Notes: generated by a model from the letters alone, not told the origin. A DNA stretch of 64,000 nucleotides from Gemmatimonadaceae bacterium (GCA_051859245.1 JBHYGA010000001.1:864001-928000), one strand, 5' to 3'; positions 10,220 through 20,887 are shown, counted from the stretch's first letter. Translations and numbers: made by a program.

Positions 10220-12763
10220 TCACGGCACGTTGCCGGTGCGTGAGGCGAAAATCAGTCTATAGTTTTCGGCCAGTTCACCGGAGGCGGGAATGTTCTCCGT
10301 GCGGAACGCGGTCGCGCTGTACTGCGTGGCGCTTCCTGTCTGCAGACCCCAGGTGTTATTGAAGCCGGCAACTGCGGACAAATCCGGCAGGTCGAGCGAA
10401 TACGATGAGGCTCCGCCCAGGTAGCCGGCCGTTGAGTAGAGCGTCCAGGCGCGACCGCCGCTCGTTGTCTGTTGATACGATATGGTGATTTCCTGATTGT
10501 ATTCCGCCTGAAACGTTCCCGCGGCGCGATAGCGCTGATACGGCGCACCAGCGAGCGTAGTGAATGTCGGGGCATTCAGGTTTGAGCCGAGCGTCAACGT
10601 ACGATTCACCAGCTCGCGATTGTACTGCGTCACGCCTCGGATCGTCGCGCCGTTGCCGCCGGTCGCGAGTGCCTGCACCTGATGCAGGTCGCCAGCTTGC
10701 GTACGTGCCAACGGGATGCCGTACACCGGGCGAGAGTTGCCTCCACCGGTCACCGGGATCGAGAAGAACCCTGCCGCTCCGTTGGAGGTGAAGAATCCTC
10801 CAGTGACAAAAATGTCATCGGTGCCGTTGTTTGCGAGGGTGTACGTTGCCGTTGCAGGAGCGAACGCCTCAGCGCTCCCGAAGTCAATCACCGGGATACT
10901 GCTGCCTGCCGCTGGATTCAGGTTGCGACGAAGCACGAAGCGATCAGGCACAATCGCGAACGTCGTGAAATCAATACCTGCGCGCGCTGCGACGAGATCG
11001 GTCGCGCGGTCCAGAACGCCCGTGAGCGAGAACGCCGTGCTCGGGAACGTGACCGTTCCGAGCGTTCCACCCAGTGCGACGTACGCAGTCTGTCCTGCGC
11101 TGAGTCCAGCCACCGTTCCGTTCACCGTTTTGGTGCTGGGGTTCTGAACGCACTCGGCATTGCCGGCCGCGATCAACTCCGCCCGCGTCTGCTGATAGAT
11201 GAACGTGGACGTACCGCCACCGCTGATCGCGGTCACAACGGCAACAGCTCCAACATTCTCGTTGATGGTGAATGCGTACGTCTGATTTGCGCCAGGCAGT
11301 ACACGCGTCCAGGCACCGTTTGTGCCGTCACGGTATGCAAACCACAGCGGGAAACGTTCATTATTGCAGAAGCGGAACGTCACGTTACCCGTGCCCGGCA
11401 CCGGTGCCGACTGCACCGTGACACCAAGGTTCACCGTCCGTTCTGTAAGTCCCGTCGCGTTACCGCGCACCACGGCGGTGAACGTGCCTGCCGCAGCACT
11501 TGGTTGCGTGATGATGCTCAACTGCGCTTGCGTTCCGGTGGCCGACGCTGGCACAAAGTTCGCGCTGACTCCCGCCGGAAGGCCCGAAACCGTCAGGTTC
11601 ACCGCACCGGTAAACCCACCGCTGCGCGCGATGTTCACGGTGGTGTTGACCGTCTGTCCGGACGTGACCGTGACCGTCGCGGGTACCACCGACAGCGCAA
11701 AGTCGCCGGCGCTTGCAGCCGTGACCGTGAGCGCGAGCGCCGCTGTGCTCGTGACGGTGCCAACTGTACCTCTCACCACCACGTTGTACGCGCCTGCCGC
11801 CACGCTCTGTGCGACGTTAACCACGAGCTGCGTGCTCGAGCCGGTGGCGGGGTTTGGTGTGAAGATTCCGGTCACACCGGTCGGTGCACCTTCCAGCGCG
11901 AACTGCACGTCGCCGGTGAGCCCACCACCGCGCGTAATCACAATCGGAAGCGCCGCACTTTGCTGCGCCTGCGTGATGGTGACCGCCGTGGGCGTGAGGG
12001 CCAAGGCCAGCGTGGGGACCGGTGCCGGCGCGGTGACCGTCAACGCGATGGTTGTGGTCGCGGCCGCCGCACCCGTGCCCGTCCCACGTACCGTGAGAGT
12101 GTACGCACCGGCTGCGGTACCGGAAGCCACCGATACGGCGAGCGACGACGGAGTGGTTGTGGCAGGATTCGGCGTGAAAATTCCCGTCACACCAGTCGGC
12201 GGATTGTCTAGCGTCAGCTGCACATTGCCGGTGAAGCCCCCGGTTCGCGTGACTGCGATTTGCGATGTGCCGGATTGCCCGGCGACGATCGTAATCGCTG
12301 CGGGCGTTGCGGCCAATGTAAACGCCGGGGTTTGAGGTACCGCGACCGTCAGCGTAAACGTCGTCGTGGCGGCCGTGACCGACGCGCCGGTTGCCCGAAT
12401 CGTGATCGGGTACGTGCCGGCTGCTGCGTTGGCCGCAACGGCAAGTGCGAGCGAGCTGCTGGTCGTCCCCGTGGGCAGCGAGGCCGGTGTGAACGTGGCC
12501 GTGACACCGGTCGGAACGCCTTCCGCGGCGAGTGCTACGGCGCCGGTAAAGCTGCCACCACGCGTGATGTTGACAGCCACCGTCGCGGAGGTGCCGGTGA
12601 CCGCCGAGCCCGTGCCGGATGCCACGGCAACGGCCAGTGTACCAGGTGTGGGCGTAGGCGGTGGCGTGGGATCGTCACTGCCACCGCAGGCGGCGAGGAC
12701 GGTGAATACGGAGAGCGCGAGTATAGACCTGAGTCGCGCGTACGGGCCGGTTGGTCGAGACAT
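10220..12763 (-). CDS. Large lipoprotein with four tandem ~100-aa Ig-like beta-sandwich repeats and an unknown C-terminal domain
   Basis: Lipobox VLAAC after MSRPTG; four repeats sharing (T/A)RxGG(S)FTGxVxL...PxGV(T/S)xxFxP...AAGxY/F. Confidence 0.8.
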   Translation of the reverse strand: MSRPTGPYARLRSILALSVFTVLAACGGSDDPTPPPTPTPGTLAVAVASGTGSAVTGTSATVAVNITRGGSFTGAVALAAEGVPTGVTATFTPASLPTGTTSSSLALAVAANAAAGTYPITIRATGASVTAATTTFTLTVAVPQTPAFTLAATPAAITIVAGQSGTSQIAVTRTGGFTGNVQLTLDNPPTGVTGIFTPNPATTTPSSLAVSVASGTAAGAYTLTVRGTGTGAAAATTTIALTVTAPAPVPTLALALTPTAVTITQAQQSAALPIVITRGGGLTGDVQFALEGAPTGVTGIFTPNPATGSSTQLVVNVAQSVAAGAYNVVVRGTVGTVTSTAALALTVTAASAGDFALSVVPATVTVTSGQTVNTTVNIARSGGFTGAVNLTVSGLPAGVSANFVPASATGTQAQLSIITQPSAAAGTFTAVVRGNATGLTERTVNLGVTVQSAPVPGTGNVTFRFCNNERFPLWFAYRDGTNGAWTRVLPGANQTYAFTINENVGAVAVVTAISGGGTSTFIYQQTRAELIAAGNAECVQNPSTKTVNGTVAGLSAGQTAYVALGGTLGTVTFPSTAFSLTGVLDRATDLVAARAGIDFTTFAIVPDRFVLRRNLNPAAGSSIPVIDFGSAEAFAPATATYTLANNGTDDIFVTGGFFTSNGAAGFFSIPVTGGGNSRPVYGIPLARTQAGDLHQVQALATGGNGATIRGVTQYNRELVNRTLTLGSNLNAPTFTTLAGAPYQRYRAAGTFQAEYNQEITISYQQTTSGGRAWTLYSTAGYLGGASSYSLDLPDLSAVAGFNNTWGLQTGSATQYSATAFRTENIPASGELAENYRLIFASRTGNVP

Positions 12764-12978
12764 ATCGAGGGCCAGGGAGGGAAGTGAACAGGTGACACGA
12801 CTCGGCGCGACGTGGCGCCGATAAACCGCGGGTACACGCACAAACCGCATCTGCGGGAAATACCGCCCCGAACGCTCGAACGCCAACGGCGAGCTCATCC
12901 ACAACAGTCACGATTGAGTCCGGCTATATTCCGCCAGCTTCCTTGCCCCGAGTCTGGGCCCCACTGCGAGGGTTTTCT

Positions 12979-14214
12979 ATGTCGTTCGACACACTTTCCG
13001 ATCCAATTCCGGCGCTTCCATCGGTCGAACTGTCCGCACACGCGGCCGATCTGTTCAACATTGATGCGGCGCTGACTGAAGAAGAGCGCGCCATTCGTGA
13101 CACCGTACGCGCGTTCGTTGACGAAAAAATTCTGCCGATCATCGGCCAGTGTTACGTGGACGGACGTTTCCCGGCCGAGTTGATCCCCGAAATGGCCGAA
13201 ATGGGGTTACTCGGCTCGTCGCTGCCGGAAGAGTATGGCTGCGCCGGTCTCTCGAGCGTGGCGTATGGTCTGATCATGCAGGAGTTGGAGCGCGGCGACT
13301 CGGGCATTCGCTCGTTCGCGTCGGTGCAGGGCGCGCTCGTCATGTATCCGATCTACGCGTTCGGCAGTGAAGAGCAGCGCCGCACCTATTTGCCGCGGCT
13401 TGCGAAGGCTGAGTTGATCGGCTGCTTCGGGCTGACCGAATCGGACTACGGATCAAATCCGTCGGGCATGATCACGCGCGCGCGGCAGCAACCCGACGGT
13501 TCGTGGGTGATCAACGGCGGCAAGATGTGGATCACGAACGGCAACATGGCCGACATCGCGATCGTGTGGGCGAAAACGGAAGACGGCGACAGCGATAAGT
13601 CGATTCGTGGTTTTATCGTGCACACCGACACGCCAGGCTTCACGGTGAAGGAAACCAAGGGCAAGCTCTCGTTGCGTGCGAGCGTGACCAGCGAGCTGGT
13701 GTTTGAAGACGTGCACGTCGCGGCAAACGCGCTGCTCCCCAACTCGGGCGGCCTCAAGAGCCCTCTCATGTGTCTCACGCAAGCACGCTACGGCATCTCG
13801 TGGGGCGTACTCGGCGCGGCGCTCGCCTGCTTCGAAGAAGCGGTCTCGTACGCCAAGAATCGTGTGATGTTCGACAAGCCGATTGGTGGATTTCAGATTC
13901 AGCAGGTGCGACTTGCCGACATGCTCACCGAAATCGTGAAGGGGCAATTGGTCGCGCTGCATCTGGGGCGTCTCAAGGACGCTGGTAACTTTACCCCGGT
14001 GCAGGTGTCGCTCGCCAAGCGCAACAATGTGCACATCGCCACAGAAGCGGCGCGCGAAACGCGACGACTACTCGGTGGCAATGGTATTCTGGCCGAGTAT
14101 GCGGCCATGCGACATATGGCGAACCTTGAGAGCGTGTATACCTATGAAGGCACACATGATGTGCACTCGCTGATTCTGGGTCAGGCGATCACGGGATTGA
14201 ACGCGTTCAAGTAA
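12979..14214 (+). CDS. Acyl-CoA dehydrogenase, glutaryl-CoA dehydrogenase-like
   Basis: ELERGDSGIRSFASVQ, GCFGLTE, GGKMWITN, LGGNGI, NLESVYTYEGTHDVH. Confidence 0.9.
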   Translation: MSFDTLSDPIPALPSVELSAHAADLFNIDAALTEEERAIRDTVRAFVDEKILPIIGQCYVDGRFPAELIPEMAEMGLLGSSLPEEYGCAGLSSVAYGLIMQELERGDSGIRSFASVQGALVMYPIYAFGSEEQRRTYLPRLAKAELIGCFGLTESDYGSNPSGMITRARQQPDGSWVINGGKMWITNGNMADIAIVWAKTEDGDSDKSIRGFIVHTDTPGFTVKETKGKLSLRASVTSELVFEDVHVAANALLPNSGGLKSPLMCLTQARYGISWGVLGAALACFEEAVSYAKNRVMFDKPIGGFQIQQVRLADMLTEIVKGQLVALHLGRLKDAGNFTPVQVSLAKRNNVHIATEAARETRRLLGGNGILAEYAAMRHMANLESVYTYEGTHDVHSLILGQAITGLNAFK

Positions 14215-14237
14215 TCGCGGTCACACTCTAGGGTATG

Positions 14238-14274
14238 AGCGGCGACAGCATTCATGCTGTCGCCGCTTCGTTTT
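14238..14274 (+). terminator. Rho-independent terminator after the acyl-CoA dehydrogenase
   Basis: 13-bp perfect stem AGCGGCGACAGCA/TGCTGTCGCCGCT, TTCA loop, followed by TCGTTTT. Confidence 0.75.
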
Positions 14275-14467
14275 GTCCCTGCGAGCCGCCGCTGATCCCG
14301 GGAAGAGAACTCACGGGAAATCCCTCTTGCGCGGGACAAACTCCATTCGCAATATGCCGCTACGTGCGCAGTGTATCGATTCGGACACGAATCGGTTCGC
14401 TGCGTCGACCGCGCACAATCTCTCTCCCGCTGTGCGCCCGGATCTTTGTCTCCCTCGGAGGCTCGTG

Positions 14468-17400
14468 ATGCCAGTCAGTCGATGGACGATCGCTGCAGTC
14501 GGAGCGTGCTTGATGCTCTTCGCTCCGCCTGCAACGCTGCAATCGCAATCCACCGGTGTGATTGCCGGTACCGTGGTCAACGAACGCGGGAGTCCGATCA
14601 GCGACGCCCAGATCGGCGTTGAAGGACAAACCGTTGGCACCACCTCCGATGGCGGGGGCAGGTTTCGACTCACCGGCATTGCCGGCTCGGGCTCCGTCCA
14701 GTTGACGGTCCGGCGCATCGGCTATCAACCGCGCACCATCGCCAGCACGATCGGCAGCGCCGATGTGCGCATTGTGCTTTCCGAACGCGCGCTTGAACTA
14801 AATCAGGTCGTCACAACGGGCACGGTTGGTGTGACCGAGAAGCGCGCGATCGGCAACGCGGTGACCACGGTGAACGCGGCCGAGATTGTGGCCACGCAGC
14901 CGATCAACAGTTTTCAGGATCTGCTCAACGGTCGCGCCAGCGGCGTGAGCGTGATCGCGAGCTCCGGACAGGTGGGTACCGGCTCTCGCATTCGCGTGCG
15001 CGGTGCATCGTCGCTGTCTCTGTCGAACAATCCGTTGATTTACGTGGACGGCGTTCGCGTGGACAACACACAAGCGAGCGGCCCGTCCAATCAGGCGTTC
15101 GGATCGGCGTCGATTTCGCGGTGGAACGACTTTAATCCCGACGACATCGAGAGCCTTGAAATCATCAAGGGACCGGCTGCCGCAACGCTGTACGGCACGG
15201 AAGCGTCGAATGGCGTGATTCAGATTGTCACCAAGCGCGGCGCGGCCGGCCGTCCAACGTGGAACACCACGTTTCGCATGGGCAGCAACTGGGTGCCTGG
15301 CTGGCGCGACATTTACGAAGACAACTTCGGTCGCATCATCACAGAACGCCCCGGTGGCGGACGCGACACCACGCTGACGTCCATTTCAACCGCGCAGCTC
15401 AACGATTCGCTCAAGGCGCGCTACGGTCGCGAAATCTTCGAAGCGGGGCTGCTGCAGGATCTGCAGATGAGTGTGAGCGGTGGCACGAATGTGCTGCGCT
15501 ACTATGTCGGCGGCGGCTATCAGGAGAATCAAGGTGCCGAGCCGGTCAATCGGTTGAATCGTACGAACCTGCGCGTGAATCTGAGCGCGGTCATGAATGA
15601 GAAGTGGGATGTGCAGACATCCGTGGGTTACACGTCGGGACGCACGTACCTGCCGTATGAATCCGGCGGTGGTGGCGCCACGTGGGCCACGCAGTTTTCG
15701 TCTCCCGAATTTTTGTACACGCGCAGCGGCAGTGGAGCCACCACACTCGATCGGCCAGGCAATCCGCAGCTCGGTTTCCGAAGCGGACCGCCCGACGTGT
15801 ACTACGACGCGTACGACATTTTTCAGGACGCCAATCGCTTCACCGGTAGCGTCACCATCTCCAATCGCGCCAGCAAGTGGTTCAATCAGCGACTGATTCT
15901 CGGCGTGGACCAGCTGGCTGAAGACAATCAGACGCTGTCTCCGCGCGATGATGTGCTGGGTGCCACATTTGCCTCGTTCGCAGGCCTCGCGGCGCCAACG
16001 AATGGCAGCATGGCCGTGTCGACGCGCAATGTCACGTACAGCACCTTCGATTACGCGGCGAACCTCGAACTTGATATCACCTCGTCGCTGCGCAGTGTGA
16101 CCTCCGCTGGCGGACAGTTCTACGGACGTCGCTCGCTCTTCCGTTCCGCAAGCGCCACGGGCTTTCCGTCGGCAGGCCTCACGTCGCTCGCCGCTGCCGC
16201 GGTGCGAACCGTTGACGGTGACGAAGTCTTTGAAAACAACACGGTCGGCGGATTCATTCAGCAGCAACTCGTGTGGAATAATCGACTGTTTCTCACCGGC
16301 GCCATTCGTGCCGATGACAACTCCGCATTTGGTACCAACTTCGACATCGTGCGGTATCCGAAGTTGAGCGCGTCGTACGTCATTAGCGAAGAGCCATCCA
16401 TCAGCATGCCATCGTTTGTTGATCAGTTGCGTCTGCGCGTTGGCTACGGCGGCTCCGGTTTGCAGCCGGGCGCGTTTGATGCCATTCGCACGTATTCGGC
16501 CACCGGTGGTTTCCTCACGCCGTCGTCAGCGGGCAATCCGGATCTCGGCCCCGAGCGCAGCACGGAGCTTGAACTCGGTTTTGACGCGGCGTTGCTGAAT
16601 GATCGTGTGAGCATCGAAGCCACGTACTTCGCTGGCAGCACGACAGACGCCATTCTATCGCGTCAGGCCGCACCATCGGCAGGCTTCCCGGGTCAGCAGC
16701 TGTTCAACGCGGGCACGGTTGATCGTAAAGGGTTTGAAATGATGCTGCGCTACCAGGCGGTGAATCGCGAAAACTTTGGTCTCGATTTCACACTCAGTGG
16801 CAGCGATACGCGCTACAACATCGCAAGCCTCGGCGCCGCTGGTGATACCGTATCCATCTCGTCAAGCAACATGCACGTGGTCGGACACGCGCCTGGTGCG
16901 TGGTTTGACCGTCGCATTGTGAGCGCCACATACAACCCGGCCACGCGTCGCGCGGAAAACATTCTCTGTGACGATGGCGCGGGCGGCACCCGCTCGTGCG
17001 CTGGTGCGCCCCGCGTGTTCCTCGGCAACTCCGTACCTACCACGGAGGGATCAGTCAGCGCCGGTGCCACGATCTTCAAGAGTTTCCGCGTGAATGCGTT
17101 CTTCGACTATCGCGGCGGATACAAGAAGCTCGATGGTAACTATCGCGTTCGTTGCGGTGCCTTCACGCATTGCCGAGAGTTGTACGTGCCCGAGGACTAC
17201 GATCCGGCGCTCATCGCGGCGGTGCAGGGTGGAACGGCCTACACGCACCACCTCATTTACGACTCCGATTTCCTGCGCTTCCGCGAACTCTCGGCAACGT
17301 ATACGCTGCCGTCAAACCTCACGCGCGCACTCAAGGCCTCGCGCGCCACGATCACGCTGGCCGGTCGTAATCTCGGATTGTGGACGAGCTTCCCGGGCAT

Positions 17401-17515
17401 TGAACCGGAAGCCTCGTTCAACGGTGGTACACGCGGTGGATCGTACGGACTGTGGGAGCAGAACGTGCTGCCGCAGCTCCGTCAGTTTGTGACCACCGTC
17501 AACCTCAACTTCTGA
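14468..17515 (+). CDS. SusC/RagA-family TonB-dependent outer-membrane receptor
   Basis: Signal peptide, CarboxypepD_reg-like N-domain, plug signatures NNPLIYVDGV and DIESLEIIKGPAAATLYGTEASNGVIQIVTKRG, GNPDLGPE, terminal Phe. Confidence 0.93.
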   Translation: MPVSRWTIAAVGACLMLFAPPATLQSQSTGVIAGTVVNERGSPISDAQIGVEGQTVGTTSDGGGRFRLTGIAGSGSVQLTVRRIGYQPRTIASTIGSADVRIVLSERALELNQVVTTGTVGVTEKRAIGNAVTTVNAAEIVATQPINSFQDLLNGRASGVSVIASSGQVGTGSRIRVRGASSLSLSNNPLIYVDGVRVDNTQASGPSNQAFGSASISRWNDFNPDDIESLEIIKGPAAATLYGTEASNGVIQIVTKRGAAGRPTWNTTFRMGSNWVPGWRDIYEDNFGRIITERPGGGRDTTLTSISTAQLNDSLKARYGREIFEAGLLQDLQMSVSGGTNVLRYYVGGGYQENQGAEPVNRLNRTNLRVNLSAVMNEKWDVQTSVGYTSGRTYLPYESGGGGATWATQFSSPEFLYTRSGSGATTLDRPGNPQLGFRSGPPDVYYDAYDIFQDANRFTGSVTISNRASKWFNQRLILGVDQLAEDNQTLSPRDDVLGATFASFAGLAAPTNGSMAVSTRNVTYSTFDYAANLELDITSSLRSVTSAGGQFYGRRSLFRSASATGFPSAGLTSLAAAAVRTVDGDEVFENNTVGGFIQQQLVWNNRLFLTGAIRADDNSAFGTNFDIVRYPKLSASYVISEEPSISMPSFVDQLRLRVGYGGSGLQPGAFDAIRTYSATGGFLTPSSAGNPDLGPERSTELELGFDAALLNDRVSIEATYFAGSTTDAILSRQAAPSAGFPGQQLFNAGTVDRKGFEMMLRYQAVNRENFGLDFTLSGSDTRYNIASLGAAGDTVSISSSNMHVVGHAPGAWFDRRIVSATYNPATRRAENILCDDGAGGTRSCAGAPRVFLGNSVPTTEGSVSAGATIFKSFRVNAFFDYRGGYKKLDGNYRVRCGAFTHCRELYVPEDYDPALIAAVQGGTAYTHHLIYDSDFLRFRELSATYTLPSNLTRALKASRATITLAGRNLGLWTSFPGIEPEASFNGGTRGGSYGLWEQNVLPQLRQFVTTVNLNF

Positions 17516-17520
17516 TCGCC

Positions 17521-18831
17521 ATGCGCTCACTTAACAACGACTCCGTGACGCAGTGCTCCGGGCGCCGTCGGTCTGTGAACCGTGGCTACGCTCTGCGCTC
17601 AAGTTTTACGCTCGCTGTCTTTGCACTCACACTCTCAGCGTGCGACACCTTTGATCGCTTGCTCACGGTGAGCACGCCCAGTCGTCTGGCGGAGGAAGCG
17701 TATCTTGTGCCGTCCAACGCGCTGCTCATTTCGAACTCGGCGGTCGCCGATTTTGAATGCGCACTCGGCGCGTACATCGTGGCCAGTGGCATGGCCTCTG
17801 GCGAGTTTATTGAAACCACGCAGACGGCATCGCGATGGGACTATGATCGGCGTTCCATCGTACCGGTGCTCGCGGAATACTCCACGTCAGGATGCGGCGG
17901 GATTGGCACATACACACCGATCAACGTTGCGCGACACACCAATGATCAAGCCGTACGCGTGATCGAAGGCTGGACGGACGAGCAGGTCGCAAATCGGCAG
18001 CGCTTGATCGCGCGTAATGCAGCAATGGCCGGCTACTCCGTGCTGTTGCTGGGTGAAGCGTTCTGCGAGTGCACGATCAACGTTGGTCCGATTCTCACTT
18101 CCGCGCAGGCATTCGATTCTGCCGAAGTGCGATTCACCAAAGCCATCACGGCGGGGCAGGCGGCCAACGAGCCGGCCATCGTGAATCTGGCGCGCGTTGG
18201 TCGCGCTCGTGCACGACTCAACAAGGGTGACGCCGCAGGCGCCGCAGCCGACGCCGCATTGGTTCCGGTTGATTTCGTGTTCAACGCCACGGCAGACCTG
18301 AACGCGGTGGGCCGCAACAATCGCATCTTTGTACAGAACAACCAGAACTTCGGCGTGAGCGTTGGTGTGGCCTATCGCGGACTGACGGTGGCAGGTGCAC
18401 CCGATCCGCGTGTTCGTGTGGTCGACGCCGGTCGCAACGGCAGCGATCAAACCACGCGTTCCTGGTTGCAGCAGAAGTATCCCGCGCAGGCATCACCCAC
18501 GCCAATCGCCACTGGCGTGGAAGCACGCCTCATCCTTGCTGAGGCACGTGGCGCCGCGGAAGGCGTGGGCATTCTGAACGCGCTGCGCGCTCGTGCGGGC
18601 ATCGCGCTCCCGGCCCTCACCAACGCCGAGGCGGCCGCGTTCACCGCCACACTCGTGGAAGAGCGTCGTCGCGAGCTGTTTCTGCAGGGCAATCGGTGGT
18701 TCGATATTCGCCGCTTGAACCTCACGCAAAACCCCGCCGTCGGCGCGGTGTATCCGAAGGCCGGCTTCTACGGCGACCAGCGCTGCTGGCCGTTGCCGGA
18801 CGCGGAGCGATTTGCCAATCCGAACGCCTGA
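17521..18831 (+). CDS. SusD/RagB-family lipoprotein
   Basis: Lipobox LSAC, EARLILAEA, ERRRELFLQGNRWFDIRR, PLP.AE...NPN terminus; directly follows the SusC gene. Confidence 0.92.
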   Translation: MRSLNNDSVTQCSGRRRSVNRGYALRSSFTLAVFALTLSACDTFDRLLTVSTPSRLAEEAYLVPSNALLISNSAVADFECALGAYIVASGMASGEFIETTQTASRWDYDRRSIVPVLAEYSTSGCGGIGTYTPINVARHTNDQAVRVIEGWTDEQVANRQRLIARNAAMAGYSVLLLGEAFCECTINVGPILTSAQAFDSAEVRFTKAITAGQAANEPAIVNLARVGRARARLNKGDAAGAAADAALVPVDFVFNATADLNAVGRNNRIFVQNNQNFGVSVGVAYRGLTVAGAPDPRVRVVDAGRNGSDQTTRSWLQQKYPAQASPTPIATGVEARLILAEARGAAEGVGILNALRARAGIALPALTNAEAAAFTATLVEERRRELFLQGNRWFDIRRLNLTQNPAVGAVYPKAGFYGDQRCWPLPDAERFANPNA

Positions 18832-18860
18832 TCCTCGCGCCTCAATCTGAACGGCCTCGC

Positions 18861-18894
18861 GGGCCGTCTCCCACACGGGAGGCGGCCCGTGTTG
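18861..18894 (+). terminator. GC-rich hairpin after susD-like gene, probable terminator
   Basis: GGGCCGTCTCCC-ACAC-GGGAGGCGGCCC stem with a weak U tract. Confidence 0.55.
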
Positions 18895-19024
18895 CGTTGG
18901 TGCGCCTCGTCGCCCGCAGCATTCCCGAAATACGACGCTCGCGTCGCATTGCTCCACGGAGCGCATCGTCCTAGCTTTCACTCGTGAATTCATTCACAAG
19001 CAACCCAAGCATGGAGCGACTGCG

Positions 19025-19777
19025 GTGAAGATTGCCGTCTGCATCAAGCGCGTCCCCGTGATGGAAGTGAAGTTCGCGATTACCGCGGACGGCTCCCGTT
19101 ACGAAGAGACGGGCCTCAAATACGATATCAACGACTTCGATCTGTGGGCCATTGAAGCGGCGCTGCAGCTCAAGGAAAAGGCCGGTGATGGCACGGTGCA
19201 CGTGGTGTGCCTCGGCCCGAACGCGGCGCAGGAACAGATCCGCAAGGCGATGGCCATGGGTGCCGATTCCGGCGTGCTGCTCGAGTCCGACGCGCGCAAC
19301 TACGACGGTCTCACGGTCGCGCGCGCACTCGCCGCCGAGCTGAAGGACGGCGGCTTCGATCTGGTGCTGTTCGGTCGCATTGCCATTGATTCCATGAATC
19401 AGATGACGGGCCCAATGGTCGCCGAACTGCTTGACCTGCCCGTGGTCACCAACGTGTTCAAACTCGACATCACCGGTCGCACGGGTCGCGCCGAGCGTGT
19501 GCTCGAAGGCGCCAGCGAAGTGGTCGAGTTTCCGCTCCCTGCCGTGCTCACGATCGATGATGGCTTGAACAAGGAACGGTTGCCATCGCTTAAGGGCATC
19601 ATGGCGGCCAAGAAGAAACCGCTCGACATCAAGCCGGCCAAACTCGACGCCGCGCAGGTGACCGTGCGCTCCATGGCGCTGCCCGCCGAACGTTCTGCTG
19701 GCCGTATCGTTGGCGAAGGCGCGGACGCCGTGCCCGAACTTGTTCGTCTCCTCCAGACTGAAGCGAAGGTGCTCTGA
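19025..19777 (+). CDS. etfB: Electron transfer flavoprotein beta subunit
   Basis: MKIAVCIKRVP, AIEAALQLKE, AMAMGAD, RLPSLKGIMAAKKKP. Confidence 0.95.
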   Translation: MKIAVCIKRVPVMEVKFAITADGSRYEETGLKYDINDFDLWAIEAALQLKEKAGDGTVHVVCLGPNAAQEQIRKAMAMGADSGVLLESDARNYDGLTVARALAAELKDGGFDLVLFGRIAIDSMNQMTGPMVAELLDLPVVTNVFKLDITGRTGRAERVLEGASEVVEFPLPAVLTIDDGLNKERLPSLKGIMAAKKKPLDIKPAKLDAAQVTVRSMALPAERSAGRIVGEGADAVPELVRLLQTEAKVL

Positions 19778-19779
19778 TC

Positions 19780-20766
19780 ATGGCCAACGTTCTTGTATTT
19801 GCCGAGTCGCGCGCGGGTGAACTGCGCAAGGTGGCGCTCGAGGCGGTCACCGCGGCGCGTCAGCTCGCGGAGCTGTCAGGTGGTGGTGATGTGCACGTGC
19901 TGCTCGCCGGTGCCGCTGGGATTGGCGCGAAAGCCGAGCCGCTGGCCGCACACGGCGCCGACAAGGTGCTCGTGTTGGAGCACGCAGGATTTGCCCTGAA
20001 TAATCCCGAGGCACTCGCGGCCACGCTTGCGCAGCTGCTCAAGTCTGGCACGTACGGATTCGGACTCTTCAGCGCGACGTCAACCGGCCGCGATTTGTCG
20101 CCGCGCGTTGCGGCGAAGCTTGGTGTTGGCCTTGTGCCAGATCTTGTCGGTTTCACGGTCGACGCGGGTGCGGTTGTTGGACAGCATCCGATCAACAACG
20201 GCAAGGTGATCGCGACGCTCTCGCTCGCGGGTTCGCCCACATTGTTGTCGGTGCGTCCGGCGGCGTTTACGCCGGCCCCTGCGTCGCGTACGCTGGCAAC
20301 GGAAGCGATCACCTCGGCGGTCGACCCGTCGGCGTCGCGCGTGAAGGTGATCGAGCTCAAGCAGGGCAACACCGACAAGATCGATCTGAATGACGCGGCG
20401 GTCGTGATTGCCGGTGGTCGTGGGCTCAAGGTCGCGGACAACTTCAAGCTGTGCGAAGATCTCGCGGCGGCCTTTGGCAACGCGGCGGTTGGTGCAACCC
20501 GCGCCGTGACCGATGACGGCTGGCGTCCGCACTCCGATCAGATTGGTCAGACGGGTCGGAATGTCAGTCCGGACTTGTACATCGCCGCCGGAATCTCCGG
20601 TGCCATTCAGCATTTGGCCGGCATGCGCACGTCGCGCACGATTGTCGCGATCAACAAGGACAAAGATGCACCCATCTTCAAGATTGCCGATTACGGCATT
20701 GTTGGCGATGCGCTTGAAGTCCTCCCGGTGCTCACGGCGGCAGTCAAGGCGGCTCGCGCGTCCTGA
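19780..20766 (+). CDS. etfA: Electron transfer flavoprotein alpha subunit
   Basis: GGRG, GATRA, QIGQTG, YIAAGISGAIQHLAGM, INKDKDAPIF. Confidence 0.96.
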   Translation: MANVLVFAESRAGELRKVALEAVTAARQLAELSGGGDVHVLLAGAAGIGAKAEPLAAHGADKVLVLEHAGFALNNPEALAATLAQLLKSGTYGFGLFSATSTGRDLSPRVAAKLGVGLVPDLVGFTVDAGAVVGQHPINNGKVIATLSLAGSPTLLSVRPAAFTPAPASRTLATEAITSAVDPSASRVKVIELKQGNTDKIDLNDAAVVIAGGRGLKVADNFKLCEDLAAAFGNAAVGATRAVTDDGWRPHSDQIGQTGRNVSPDLYIAAGISGAIQHLAGMRTSRTIVAINKDKDAPIFKIADYGIVGDALEVLPVLTAAVKAARAS

Positions 20767-20792
20767 AGAAGGATCGCACCAATGTCGGCTTG

Positions 20793-20833
20793 GTGGCCCA
20801 TTCGTCTGTCGACGGGTGGGCCACGTTGTTTTT
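20793..20833 (+). terminator. Rho-independent terminator after etfA
   Basis: 14-bp stem GTGGCCCATTCGTC/GACGGGTGGGCCAC (two G-U pairs) followed by GTTGTTTTT. Confidence 0.7.
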
Positions 20834-20887
20834 GCATCAACGTTCGATCGTCTTGTGACGACCCGCGCCGCGCTCTAGCTTCGCCAT

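Noticed and set aside
10682..12335. Long + strand ORFs (509 aa and 337 aa) opposite the Ig-repeat lipoprotein
   Set aside because: Antisense shadows of a GC-rich, repetitive gene; no motifs.
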